Below, in pieces: positions 33,255 to 41,392 of a stretch of 64,000 nt of DNA. The translations under genes were made by a program, and so were the position numbers. How positions within the stretch are numbered: the stretch's first letter is position 1; every line of letters begins with the position of its first letter. The notes beneath the pieces were generated by a model. That model did no database searches and had not been told where the DNA came from. It worked only from the letters and a program-made list of their open reading frames with translations. The DNA lies in assembly GCA_963806225.1 (NCBI GenBank), contig CAWDXG010000001.1:1728001-1792000 (forward strand). The letters are read 5' to 3'. The DNA is from an uncultured delta proteobacterium. GTDB lineage: Bacteria > Myxococcota_A > Polyangia > Polyangiales > Polyangiaceae.

Positions 33255-33923
33255 ATGCGCGTGCTCGGTATCGAGACCTCGGCGGCCCACCGCGGCAGCG
33301 TGGCGTTGGTGGAGGCGGGCAAGCTCGTCTGCGAGGCGAGCCACACCAAGCCGAACACGCACGCGGAGAAGACCCTGCCCCTCGTCGAGCAGGTCCTGGC
33401 CGAGGCCGGCTGGACGCGGAGCAGCCTCGATCGCGTGGCGGTCGGCATCGGTCCCGGCTCCTTCACGGGGCTCCGGGTCGGGATGGCGCTGGCGCAGGGC
33501 ATCGCGCTCGGCCTCGGCATTCCGGTGGTCGGCGTCGGCTCGCTCCGGGCGATGGCGGCTGCGGTGCCCTCCGACCGCCATGGCCTCCGCGTGCCGCTGC
33601 TGGACGCCCGCCGCAGCGAGCTGTTCGCGGCCGTCTACGACGTAACCGGCCAGGAGCTCGTGGCGCCGCTGGTCCTGCCCCGCGACACCGCGCTCGCGGT
33701 GCTGCAGCAGCGTGCGCCCGGCGCGCGCGTGTTGATTGGAGAGGTGACGGCTGCGCTGGGGATCGCCGACGCCCTGCACTCGGCGCAAACCGATCTGCCC
33801 CACGCCGCGTCCACGGCCAGGGTCGGGGCCGGGCTGGATCCCGCTCTGGCGCCCGCCGAGCCGCTGTATGTGCGCGAGGCCGACGCCATCAAGCCCGACC
33901 TACCGCCGTCACCTTTCGGCTAG
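33255..33923 (+). CDS. tsaB: tRNA t6A biosynthesis protein TsaB
   Basis: VLGIETS, HAE, VGIGPGSFTGLRVG, LDARRSE and EPLYVR motifs. Confidence 0.95.
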   Translation: MRVLGIETSAAHRGSVALVEAGKLVCEASHTKPNTHAEKTLPLVEQVLAEAGWTRSSLDRVAVGIGPGSFTGLRVGMALAQGIALGLGIPVVGVGSLRAMAAAVPSDRHGLRVPLLDARRSELFAAVYDVTGQELVAPLVLPRDTALAVLQQRAPGARVLIGEVTAALGIADALHSAQTDLPHAASTARVGAGLDPALAPAEPLYVREADAIKPDLPPSPFG

Positions 33924-33986
33924 GCCTCCCGCGGTAGTAGCTGGGCGGGATGAGACCGGTGGCGCCGTCCCCTCTGCTCGTCTAGC

Positions 33987-34709
33987 ATGCCGCCGCAGAT
34001 GGCTTCCTCCGCGGATCCAGCCGAGGGCGGCGGCGAGAGCCGCCTTCTGGCGCGCTTCGGGCGGCGCTTCTCGGCCGGCGACGTGCTGTTCAACGACGGC
34101 GATCCGGCCAGCGAAGCCTTCCTGCTGCAGGAAGGCCGGGTGCGGCTGATCAAGCGGGTCGGCGCGGTCGAACGCAGCCTGCGCGTGCTCCGGCCCGGAG
34201 ACCTGTTCGGCGAGACGGCCCTGATCCAGGGCGCGCCCCGCAACTCGACCGCCGTGGCGCTTTCCGACGGCGTGGCGCTTGCGCTCGACCAGGCCACTTT
34301 TGAACAGGTGCTCTCGAGCAACCCGGGCGTCGGCTCGCGGGTGCTGCACCAGCTGATCCGCCGGCTGCGCGACGCGGAGGACCAGATCGAGATCCTGATG
34401 CTGCGCGATTCGCAGTCGAAGATCGTGGTCTTGCTGCTGAAGCTGGCCCATCAGAGCAGCAGCGGGCAGACCACCGGAGCGGTATCGGTCAACATCTCGC
34501 CGATGGAGCTGTCGACGCGCGTCGGTCTGGACGTGGACACGGTCAAGCGCAACGTCCAGCAGCTGCGCGACAGCGGGTACATCAACATCTCGGGCGAGCG
34601 AATGGAGATCCCGGACATCGAGGCGCTCGGAGAGCTGTACGGCCTGCTCGGGGTCAAGGACCAGATCGTCGGCGGCGACGAGGGCCCCGGCCGGTCCGGC
34701 TCGCGGTAA
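33987..34709 (+). CDS. Crp/Fnr family transcriptional regulator
   Basis: cNMP domain GDLFGETAL...PRNSTA; C-terminal HTH ELSTRVGL..DTVKR. Confidence 0.9.
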   Translation: MPPQMASSADPAEGGGESRLLARFGRRFSAGDVLFNDGDPASEAFLLQEGRVRLIKRVGAVERSLRVLRPGDLFGETALIQGAPRNSTAVALSDGVALALDQATFEQVLSSNPGVGSRVLHQLIRRLRDAEDQIEILMLRDSQSKIVVLLLKLAHQSSSGQTTGAVSVNISPMELSTRVGLDVDTVKRNVQQLRDSGYINISGERMEIPDIEALGELYGLLGVKDQIVGGDEGPGRSGSR

Positions 34710-34785
34710 GCCTGGAAATTCAAGCACGTAGCCGTCTGGTTGCGCGTTGACTCGCCGGAAGCCGTGCGGTACGTGACGCCGTCAC

Positions 34786-35601
34786 ATGAGGGTTGTGGGA
34801 TACCGGCTGGCTGTTGCGCTCACGCTGGCGCTGCTGCCTCCGCTTCTCTCCGCCTGTCCGCCCAGCCCGGACACCCCGCACGGCGGCGATCCGGGTCGAA
34901 TGAGCGACGCCCAGTACGACATGGCGCGCGACCTGTGGCTCAGGCAGGGCAAGACGCGCGAGGCGCTGGGCCACGCGCTCAAGGCCGTCGACCTGAACGA
35001 CGACAATTCCGATGCCGAGCACCTGGTGGCGCTCATCTACCTCGATTTCTGCGAGAAGAGCCCCGACGACTGCCACCTGGCGGATGCGGAGAAGTACACG
35101 CGCATGGCGCTGGACGCGCGGCCGGACTTCCGCGAGGCCAAGAACACCCTGGGCGTCATCCTCATCCACGAGAAGCGCTACGACGATGCGATCAAGGTGC
35201 TCAAGCCGCTGACGGCCGACATCCTGTATGCGACCCCCGAAAATGCTTGGGGAAATCTGGGCTGGGCGTACCTGGAGAAGGGCGAGCTGAACAAGGCCAT
35301 CGACGCTCTCCAGCGCAGCGTCGCCGCCCAGCCGATTTTCTGCGTGGGCAACTACCGGCTGGGCCGGGCTTTCGAGCAGAAGAAGCAGCTGCAGTCCGCG
35401 CTCGAGGCGTACACGAACGCCCTGGAAACCGACTCGCCGGCCTGCAAGAAGCTCCAGGTCGCCTTCGCCGGCAAGGGCCGGGTGGAGCTCGCGCTCGGCG
35501 AGGCCGACAAGGCCCGGGCGGACCTGGACCAGTGCGTGAAGCTGGATGAGGCGACCCGCGCCGGAAAAGAATGCAGCTCCATGCTGGAAAAACTCAAGTA
35601 G
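34786..35601 (+). CDS. tgl: TPR lipoprotein, Tgl/PilF(PilW)-like pilotin
   Basis: LSAC lipobox; TPRs AKNTLGV, DILYATPENAWGNLGWAY, FCVG; lies upstream of a RodZ-like HTH, as pilF/tgl commonly does. Confidence 0.75.
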   Translation: MRVVGYRLAVALTLALLPPLLSACPPSPDTPHGGDPGRMSDAQYDMARDLWLRQGKTREALGHALKAVDLNDDNSDAEHLVALIYLDFCEKSPDDCHLADAEKYTRMALDARPDFREAKNTLGVILIHEKRYDDAIKVLKPLTADILYATPENAWGNLGWAYLEKGELNKAIDALQRSVAAQPIFCVGNYRLGRAFEQKKQLQSALEAYTNALETDSPACKKLQVAFAGKGRVELALGEADKARADLDQCVKLDEATRAGKECSSMLEKLK

Positions 35602-35616
35602 GCTCTGGGCCCCGCG

Positions 35617-36054
35617 ATGGAGACCGTCGGCCAATACCTCAAGAGGGAGCGCGAAGCTCGCCGCATGAGCATCGAGGAAATCTCGCGCTCGACGCGCGTG
35701 CCAATGTCGAGCGTCGAGCGCATCGAAGCCGATCAGTTCGACGAGCTTCCGGGTGAAGTGTTCGTGCGCGGCTTCCTCAAGTCGTACGCGCGTTCCGTCG
35801 GCGTGCCGACGGAAGAAGTGCTCGCGCGCTACACGGCCAGCCGCCGCGTTGCGTGGGTGACGCCGCTGCCGATCTCGAGTCCGACCAAGCCCGCGCGCGG
35901 CCGGCGTTTCGGCGTCGCTATCGCGTTCGTGCTGCTGCTCATCCTGTTCACGCTGGCGCTCAGCATCGTGCTCAAGCCGCGCGGCGACGACATGCCGCAG
36001 GAGCTGTCGCTCCGCGCGCCGGCGGTCCGCGTGCTCGGCAGCTTCACCGGTTAG
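35617..36054 (+). CDS. RodZ-like HTH membrane protein (short)
   Basis: GQYLKREREAR.MS.EE...IE...F..LPG.VFVRGFLKSYA; one TM helix. Confidence 0.85.
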   Translation: METVGQYLKREREARRMSIEEISRSTRVPMSSVERIEADQFDELPGEVFVRGFLKSYARSVGVPTEEVLARYTASRRVAWVTPLPISSPTKPARGRRFGVAIAFVLLLILFTLALSIVLKPRGDDMPQELSLRAPAVRVLGSFTG

Positions 36055-36060
36055 CGCAGC

Positions 36061-36792
36061 GTGGCGCGTCCGCGCGCGACCTCGGCAGCCCGCCCGCACA
36101 CGACGCGCGCGCTCCTGCTTCGTCGTGTGAGCTACGGCGAGTCGGATCTGGTCGTCACGCTGTTCACCGAAGCGCTCGGACGCGTGAGCGCGCTGGCGCG
36201 TGGCGCGCGGCGCAGCCAGAAGCGCTTCGGCGGATCGCTCGAACCGATGCACACGTTGATCCTGCGCATGGACGAACGCGCTGGCGCGGAGCTCCTGGCG
36301 CTCAGGGAAGCGAGCCTCGAGACGCCGCGACATCATCTGGTGCGCGATCTGGATCGCATGCAGGCCGCGGGACGCGCGCTCGGATGGATCCGTCGCGCTG
36401 CTCCGCCGCGCACGCCGGAACCCGAGGCGTGGCGCGTGATCATCGAGCTGCTCGATCGTCTCGACGACGAGAGCGACGCACGCACTCCGAAGCTGCACCT
36501 CGCGGAGCTCGGTCTGCGTCTGCTCGCCGCGCTCGGCTGGGGGCTCGATCTGCAGCGCTGCGTGCGCTGCGGTCGCGCCTGCGAGTCGGGGCGCGCGGCC
36601 ATGATCGACGCGACGCGCGGCGGCCTGGTCTGCCGTGCCTGCGGCGGCGCGCGCGTCCAGCTCGACGGCGCCGTGCGGGCGCGGCTGGCCTCCGCCGCAG
36701 CCGGCAAAATCCCCGGACTCTCGGCAGAAGACGCCAACGTCGCGCTCGGTCTGGTGGAAGCGGCGCTGCGCGCGCACATGGATATCGAGTGA
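36061..36792 (+). CDS. recO: DNA repair protein RecO
   Basis: YGESDLVVTLFT...GRVSALARGARRSQKRFGG.LEP; Zn motif C..C...C..C. Confidence 0.93.
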   Translation: MARPRATSAARPHTTRALLLRRVSYGESDLVVTLFTEALGRVSALARGARRSQKRFGGSLEPMHTLILRMDERAGAELLALREASLETPRHHLVRDLDRMQAAGRALGWIRRAAPPRTPEPEAWRVIIELLDRLDDESDARTPKLHLAELGLRLLAALGWGLDLQRCVRCGRACESGRAAMIDATRGGLVCRACGGARVQLDGAVRARLASAAAGKIPGLSAEDANVALGLVEAALRAHMDIE

Positions 36793-36865
36793 GCGTCGTC
36801 AAGTCGCCGCGGCGGGTGCCGGCGGTGCCGTAGCGGATGCGCGTGTGCGGGTCTACACTGGTCGC

Positions 36866-37672
36866 ATGGGACCGAAGTGGGCAATCGTGGGGATTTCGGC
36901 GGCGCTGCTGCTGCCGGCCGTGGCGCGGGCCGGCTCGTCGGAAAAGCACGCGCATGGCGACTCGAGCGCGAAGAGCGACGCCAAGCTGCCGCCGCTGAAG
37001 GTGAGCATCGATCAATCGAAGGTGGATCTGGCGGACCACCACCTGGAGGTGAAGCTGTCGCGCGCAGCGGAGTCGGTGCACATCAAGGTGATGGACGACT
37101 CGGGCGACGTGCTCGCCGACGAGACCCAGGACTTCAAGAACAAGCCCGCCGGGACGCCGCTCATCGTGACGTGGTCGCCGAAGAATGACTCCCCGGTCGC
37201 TCGCATCGAGGTATTCGGCTACGACACGCACGGCTACTACGCCGGCGTCGCTATCGTGCCCTGGTCGGTGAGCATCCCGCACCAGGAAGTGCTGTTCGAC
37301 ACCGACAAGGCGCTCATCAAGGCGAGCGAGAAGCCCAAGCTCGAGGACAGCTACGCGAAGATCAAGCAGGCGATCAAGGAGCACAAGGACCTCGGCTCCA
37401 TCAAGCTCTTCATCGGCGGCCACACCGACACCGTGGGCAGCGCCGCACACAACATGGAGCTGTCACGCCGTCGCGCCCGCGCCATCGCCGGGTGGTTCCG
37501 CCACCGCGGCATCCACATCCCCGTCTACTACGCTGGCTTCGGCGAGTCCGTGCCCGCCGTCAAGACCGCCGACAACGTCGACGAACCGCGAAACCGCCGC
37601 GTCGACTACATCCTCGCGATCGATCCGCCACAGATGAAGAGCGGGACCAGCGTCGCCTGGCATCATGGATAG
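36866..37672 (+). CDS. OmpA-family peptidoglycan-binding protein
   Basis: GHTDTVG..N..LSRRRA...GFGES.P...RNRRV. Confidence 0.9.
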   Translation: MGPKWAIVGISAALLLPAVARAGSSEKHAHGDSSAKSDAKLPPLKVSIDQSKVDLADHHLEVKLSRAAESVHIKVMDDSGDVLADETQDFKNKPAGTPLIVTWSPKNDSPVARIEVFGYDTHGYYAGVAIVPWSVSIPHQEVLFDTDKALIKASEKPKLEDSYAKIKQAIKEHKDLGSIKLFIGGHTDTVGSAAHNMELSRRRARAIAGWFRHRGIHIPVYYAGFGESVPAVKTADNVDEPRNRRVDYILAIDPPQMKSGTSVAWHHG

Positions 37673-37921
37673 CGCCGCCCGTCGATCGCGAGCACTCGAT
37701 GGACCGCTCGTCGCGTTGGCTGTGCCGGCTGTGGGCTGCTGGGACGGGCGGGGCGCGCCTGCTCCGGGACCTGGTGGGGTGCGCCCGATGACCCAAGGAC
37801 GGACGGCGGGTCCCCGGGTCGCGCAAAATTGGCAAGTGGATATGAAAGTCGTTTGCAGTAGTACGCGCCGCCCGCGGTGATTCTGCGCAAATTCCGCACG
37901 GCGCTGCGCGGAAGGGGCGCA

Positions 37922-37947
37922 AAAATGAACTTGATTTTCATTTTCAA
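37922..37947. promoter_or_regulatory. AT-rich inverted repeat / Fur-like box
   Basis: AAAATGAA-N7-TTCATTTT, overlapping TTGAAAATGAAAATCAA on the minus strand; stands out in the GC-rich background. Confidence 0.55.
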
Positions 37948-37984
37948 ATCTGCCACTTCTCCGACTCGGGAAATGGGTCGAGCC

Positions 37985-38944
37985 ATGCTGACGTTCCGCC
38001 GGCCGCCGGGGCTGGTGCCGCAGAAGCCCCGTGAGGGGCGGAGCGTGCTCGGCGACTACCTCGCGCGCGAGGCACGCATGCTCTCGGCCTCGGCCGAGGC
38101 GTTCTGCGCGCTGTCCGACGCGCTCTTCGCTGCCGGAGCGCCGTGCGCTCTGACCGGTCGCGCGGCATGCGCCGCGAACGACCGCACCCGTCACGCAGAG
38201 CTCTTCACGCGGCTGGCGGCGCGTCACGGCGGACGACCCAGCGCGCTCCGCGTCGCGAAGCGGAAGCCGCGTGCGCTGGTGGAGATCGCCATCGACAACG
38301 CAGCCGAGGGCTGCGTGCGCGACACCTACGCGACGTTGCTTGCGACCTGGCAGGCGGAGCACGCGCGCAATGGTTCCGTCTCGAAGGCGATGGACGCGAT
38401 CGCGCGGGACGGCCTGCGCCATGCGGCGTTCGCCTGGGCGCTGTGGGACTGGCTCCTGGCGCAACTGTCGCGGCGCGATCAGACGCGCGTCCGGTGCGCG
38501 CTGGAAGATGCGGTGGAGCGCCTGGAGCGCTGCGTGCGCGAACCGGACCCGGCGCTCGCGCGCAGCGCGGGACTGCCGAAGCGTGACGAGCAGCGGGTGC
38601 TGCTCGCCGAGCTCCGCCGCGTGCTGTGGAGCAAGCCGGAGGTTGCGCGCCGCGCGAAGAGAGCGCCGCGCTCCGAGGTGGTAGCGCGAGGGCGGGTAGG
38701 GCGCCCGCCGGCGCGCTGGGGGAGGCTCGCGCTCCATATCGAACAGTCGGGGCTGTCGCGGCAGACCGTGGCCGCGGAGCTGGGCATCTCGCGCAAGTTC
38801 CTCGACAATATCTGCCGGGAGGTGCGGCGTCCGGGGCCTGCGCTTGCCGAGCGCATCGAGCGCCTGACGGGCGGCAGTGTCACCGTGGCGTATCTGATGG
38901 CGCTGCCCAAGCACGACCGCCGGAGCTCCACGCCGCGCGACTGA
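37985..38944 (+). CDS. Degenerate ferritin-like domain fused to a C-terminal Cro/XRE-type HTH
   Basis: NAAEGCVRDTY, D..RH twice; HTH SRQTVAAELGISRKFL...RPGPALAERIERLTGG. Confidence 0.75.
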   Translation: MLTFRRPPGLVPQKPREGRSVLGDYLAREARMLSASAEAFCALSDALFAAGAPCALTGRAACAANDRTRHAELFTRLAARHGGRPSALRVAKRKPRALVEIAIDNAAEGCVRDTYATLLATWQAEHARNGSVSKAMDAIARDGLRHAAFAWALWDWLLAQLSRRDQTRVRCALEDAVERLERCVREPDPALARSAGLPKRDEQRVLLAELRRVLWSKPEVARRAKRAPRSEVVARGRVGRPPARWGRLALHIEQSGLSRQTVAAELGISRKFLDNICREVRRPGPALAERIERLTGGSVTVAYLMALPKHDRRSSTPRD

Positions 38945-38987
38945 GCGGGCGCTACGCTTCCAGCCGCGCCGGGTTCGGACCGCGCAA

Positions 38988-39911
38988 TCAGACGCCGACG
39001 TCGGCGAACAGCCCGCTGGCGACGCCGCTCTTGAACCAGCCCATCACCTGCTGCGCGGCTTGTGCTTCGCTCGTTCCGTCGAGCAGCGGCGCCACGCGGT
39101 CGAGCGCGGTGGAGAGCGTTTCGCCCGCGGCGAGCGACTCGAACAGCGCCACCATCGCCTCGGTGAGCCCGGTACGCCAGATCGTCGCGCCCGTGCGATA
39201 GACGGCGACGCTGGTCTTCCGGGCCGAGGGCACGTCGGGCGACTCTCCGAGACGGAACGCCTGGAGATACGCATTGACCGGGTAGTCGAAGTGCAGGATC
39301 CGGAGCGAGGGGTTGCCGACCAGGCGTGCCTCGGCCCAGCGATCGGCGGGCACGCGCGCCAGATCCGCTTCGCTGATCACGTTGGAAGTGGGCGCATGGA
39401 TCACGAGCACGATCGCCCACTCCAGGCTCGCCAGATCGGCCGCGAAGCCCGGCGCGGGTAGCGGCTGGTCGCGGCAGAGCTCGGCCATGTGCCTTCCGTA
39501 GACGTTCAGGTTCGGCTCCGTCGACGGGAAGCGCGCGATGTAGCTGCGGCAGAGGGCGTCGAAACGCTCCGGCCCGAGGTGGTGCTGGAGCACGGGGTAG
39601 TCGTCGGCCAGACATTCCACGAGCCGGGCGTGGTAGCTGCGGCGGTAGATCTCCAGCCGCTCGAGCGCCGTGAGCGTGGCGCTGGGCGTCACCAGCGCCG
39701 CTGCCGAGCGCTCGTCGACGGGGGCGGGCTCGTTCTCCGGCGTGGTGACGATGTCGGCGAACCAGCGCTGCTGCGCGCGCAGATCGAGCTTGGCGGGAAG
39801 CCACGCGGGGGCGGCGCCGTGACGCGCCGCCGCGCTCTCGTCGACGTGTGCCGGCGTGGCGCTCGCGCGCTCGTGCGTGCCGATGGCGTCGGCGGTGGCT
39901 TCGCGCTTCAC
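38988..39911 (-). CDS. DUF2063-domain MNIO partner protein (HvfC/BufC-like)
   Basis: ERLEIYRRSYHARLVECLADDYPVL...GPERF...Y....PS...L..YG; ADLASLEWA; GTGA overlap with the DUF692 stop. Confidence 0.9.
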   Translation of the reverse strand: MKREATADAIGTHERASATPAHVDESAAARHGAAPAWLPAKLDLRAQQRWFADIVTTPENEPAPVDERSAAALVTPSATLTALERLEIYRRSYHARLVECLADDYPVLQHHLGPERFDALCRSYIARFPSTEPNLNVYGRHMAELCRDQPLPAPGFAADLASLEWAIVLVIHAPTSNVISEADLARVPADRWAEARLVGNPSLRILHFDYPVNAYLQAFRLGESPDVPSARKTSVAVYRTGATIWRTGLTEAMVALFESLAAGETLSTALDRVAPLLDGTSEAQAAQQVMGWFKSGVASGLFADVGV

Positions 39912-40738
39912 CGGGTCGCTCCGATGAACTCGTGTGCGCGCAGCGCCTCGGCGTGCGTCTCGTCGAAGGACGGGATCTCCGCGTCCCACTCGAGCAGGAC
40001 GGAAGCGCCGCCGGCGCGCTCGTGCGCGACAGCCAGGAGCTGCCACACCGGATCGATGACCGGGCCGATGTGCGAGTCGATGATGTACCTGCCGTAGTCC
40101 GTGTGTCCGGCGACGTGGAACTGCACCACGCGGTCGTAGGGCACGGCGTCGAGATACGCTATCGGATCGAAGCCGTGATTTTTCGACGAGACGTAGACGT
40201 TGTTCACGTCCAGCAGGATCGCGCAGTCGGCCTGCTCGGCGAGCCGCCCCAGAAACTCCCACTCGGGCATGCTGTTTGTGGTGAGCTCGGCGTACGTTGA
40301 CGGATTTTCGAGCGCGAGCGGCGCGCCGAGGAAATCCTGCACTTCGCTGACGCGCGCGGCGACGTGCTCGAGCGCTTCCTCCGTGTAGGGCAGGGGCAGA
40401 AGGTCGTGGGTGTTCCTGCCCGCGACGCCCGTCCAGCACAGGTGGTCGGAGACCCAGCGCGCGCCGACGCGATCGCGGAGCTCGCGGAGCTCGCGGAGGT
40501 AGTCGCGGTCCAGCGGATCCGTCGAGCCGATCGACATCGACACGCCGTGCATGACGACCGGGTACGCTCCGGCGATCGCGTCGAGGTAGTCCAGCGGGCG
40601 GCCGGACGTGCGCATGTAGTTTTCGCTGAGGATCTCGAAGAACGCGACAGGCGGGCGGTCCTTCACGATGCGCTCGTAGTGCACCGTCCTCAGGCCTAGC
40701 CCGACGCCGAGGTCGGGCAGATCGAACCGATTTTTCAT
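39908..40738 (-). CDS. DUF692 multinuclear non-heme iron oxidative enzyme (MNIO; MbnB/TglH/HvfB/BufB family)
   Basis: GLGLR..HY, EILSENYM, HGVSMSIG, SDHLCW, HDLLPLP, LENPSTY, LLDVNNVYV, HVAGH, IDSH and LLEWD motifs. Confidence 0.97.
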   Translation of the reverse strand: MKNRFDLPDLGVGLGLRTVHYERIVKDRPPVAFFEILSENYMRTSGRPLDYLDAIAGAYPVVMHGVSMSIGSTDPLDRDYLRELRELRDRVGARWVSDHLCWTGVAGRNTHDLLPLPYTEEALEHVAARVSEVQDFLGAPLALENPSTYAELTTNSMPEWEFLGRLAEQADCAILLDVNNVYVSSKNHGFDPIAYLDAVPYDRVVQFHVAGHTDYGRYIIDSHIGPVIDPVWQLLAVAHERAGGASVLLEWDAEIPSFDETHAEALRAHEFIGATR

Positions 40739-40755
40739 GTGTGGAGAGATCGAGA

Positions 40756-40814
40756 GGACCGCACCGGTATCACCGATGCGGTCCACCCCGGGAAAGGCCA
40801 GCAGCCATGGCTGC
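40756..40814 (-). other. Two intergenic stem-loops between the precursor and MNIO genes
   Basis: 13-bp stem GGACCGCAUCGGU-GAU-ACCGGUGCGGUCC (one G.U pair on the coding strand) and palindrome GCAGCCATGGCTGC. Confidence 0.55.
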
Positions 40815-40847
40815 CGCCAGTCCCTGCAGTCTTTTCGTGTTCGCTTC

Positions 40848-41096
40848 TCAGCTGCCGTCGTCGGCGCCGCCGCCCATGCTCTTGCAGGACTGCTTTTCCG
40901 GGGCCGGCGCGGGCGCCGAATCCGAGCCCATGCCCGAGCAGGAATGCTTGGCAGGTGCCGCTGCCGGCTCGGCGTTGCTGTTCGCGGCCGGAGCGTCGGG
41001 TGCATTCGGTGCGGGCGTCGCACCGCCGCCGCAACCCGTGACTCCCGCCAGGATCCCGCCGACTGCTGCCGTCAATAGAGCGTTCTTGATGTTCAT
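40848..41096 (-). CDS. Putative RiPP precursor lipoprotein (82 aa) with two KxSCxxMG cores
   Basis: MNIKNALLTAAVGGILAGVTG|C signal/lipobox; KHSCSGMG and KQSCKSMG; AGAGGG RBS; directly upstream of DUF692. Confidence 0.85.
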   Translation of the reverse strand: MNIKNALLTAAVGGILAGVTGCGGGATPAPNAPDAPAANSNAEPAAAPAKHSCSGMGSDSAPAPAPEKQSCKSMGGGADDGS

Positions 41097-41153
41097 GTTC
41101 CCTCTTGTCAGGTTTCGTGTTTGCCCGCTCCGGGTGGAGCGTGCCCTGGTGCA

Positions 41154-41202
41154 TACGGGCCTGTCGCCAGGTCGTTACACGCGCACTTGCGGATTTCCGC
41201 AA
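41154..41202 (-). promoter_or_regulatory. Candidate ECF-sigma promoter with adjacent palindromic operator
   Basis: TGTAAC-N16-CGTA (41179 to 41154) and TTGCGGA-TT-TCCGCAA (41187-41202). Confidence 0.45.
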
Positions 41203-41392
41203 TTCGAGGCTTGCCGAATGGTTGACGGCCGTCAATCCGTATCTGGGCATCGACCGGCGCCTGGAACTGCCGCGCCGTGTCGCCGGTGCGAGGCGGGAAT
41301 GCGGGCACCCAGCCTGTCGGTTCCGCTTCCCGCGCCGCGAAAATAGCCCTGGGATTCCAGCTACTTGTCTTGGGCGCCCGGCACTGCCTGTC

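Noticed and set aside
31295..33520. 741-aa Arg/Ala-rich ORF and similar long ORFs (e.g. 60932-63475, 34720-36777)
   Set aside because: Off-frame or antisense shadows of well-supported genes, expected in high-GC DNA.
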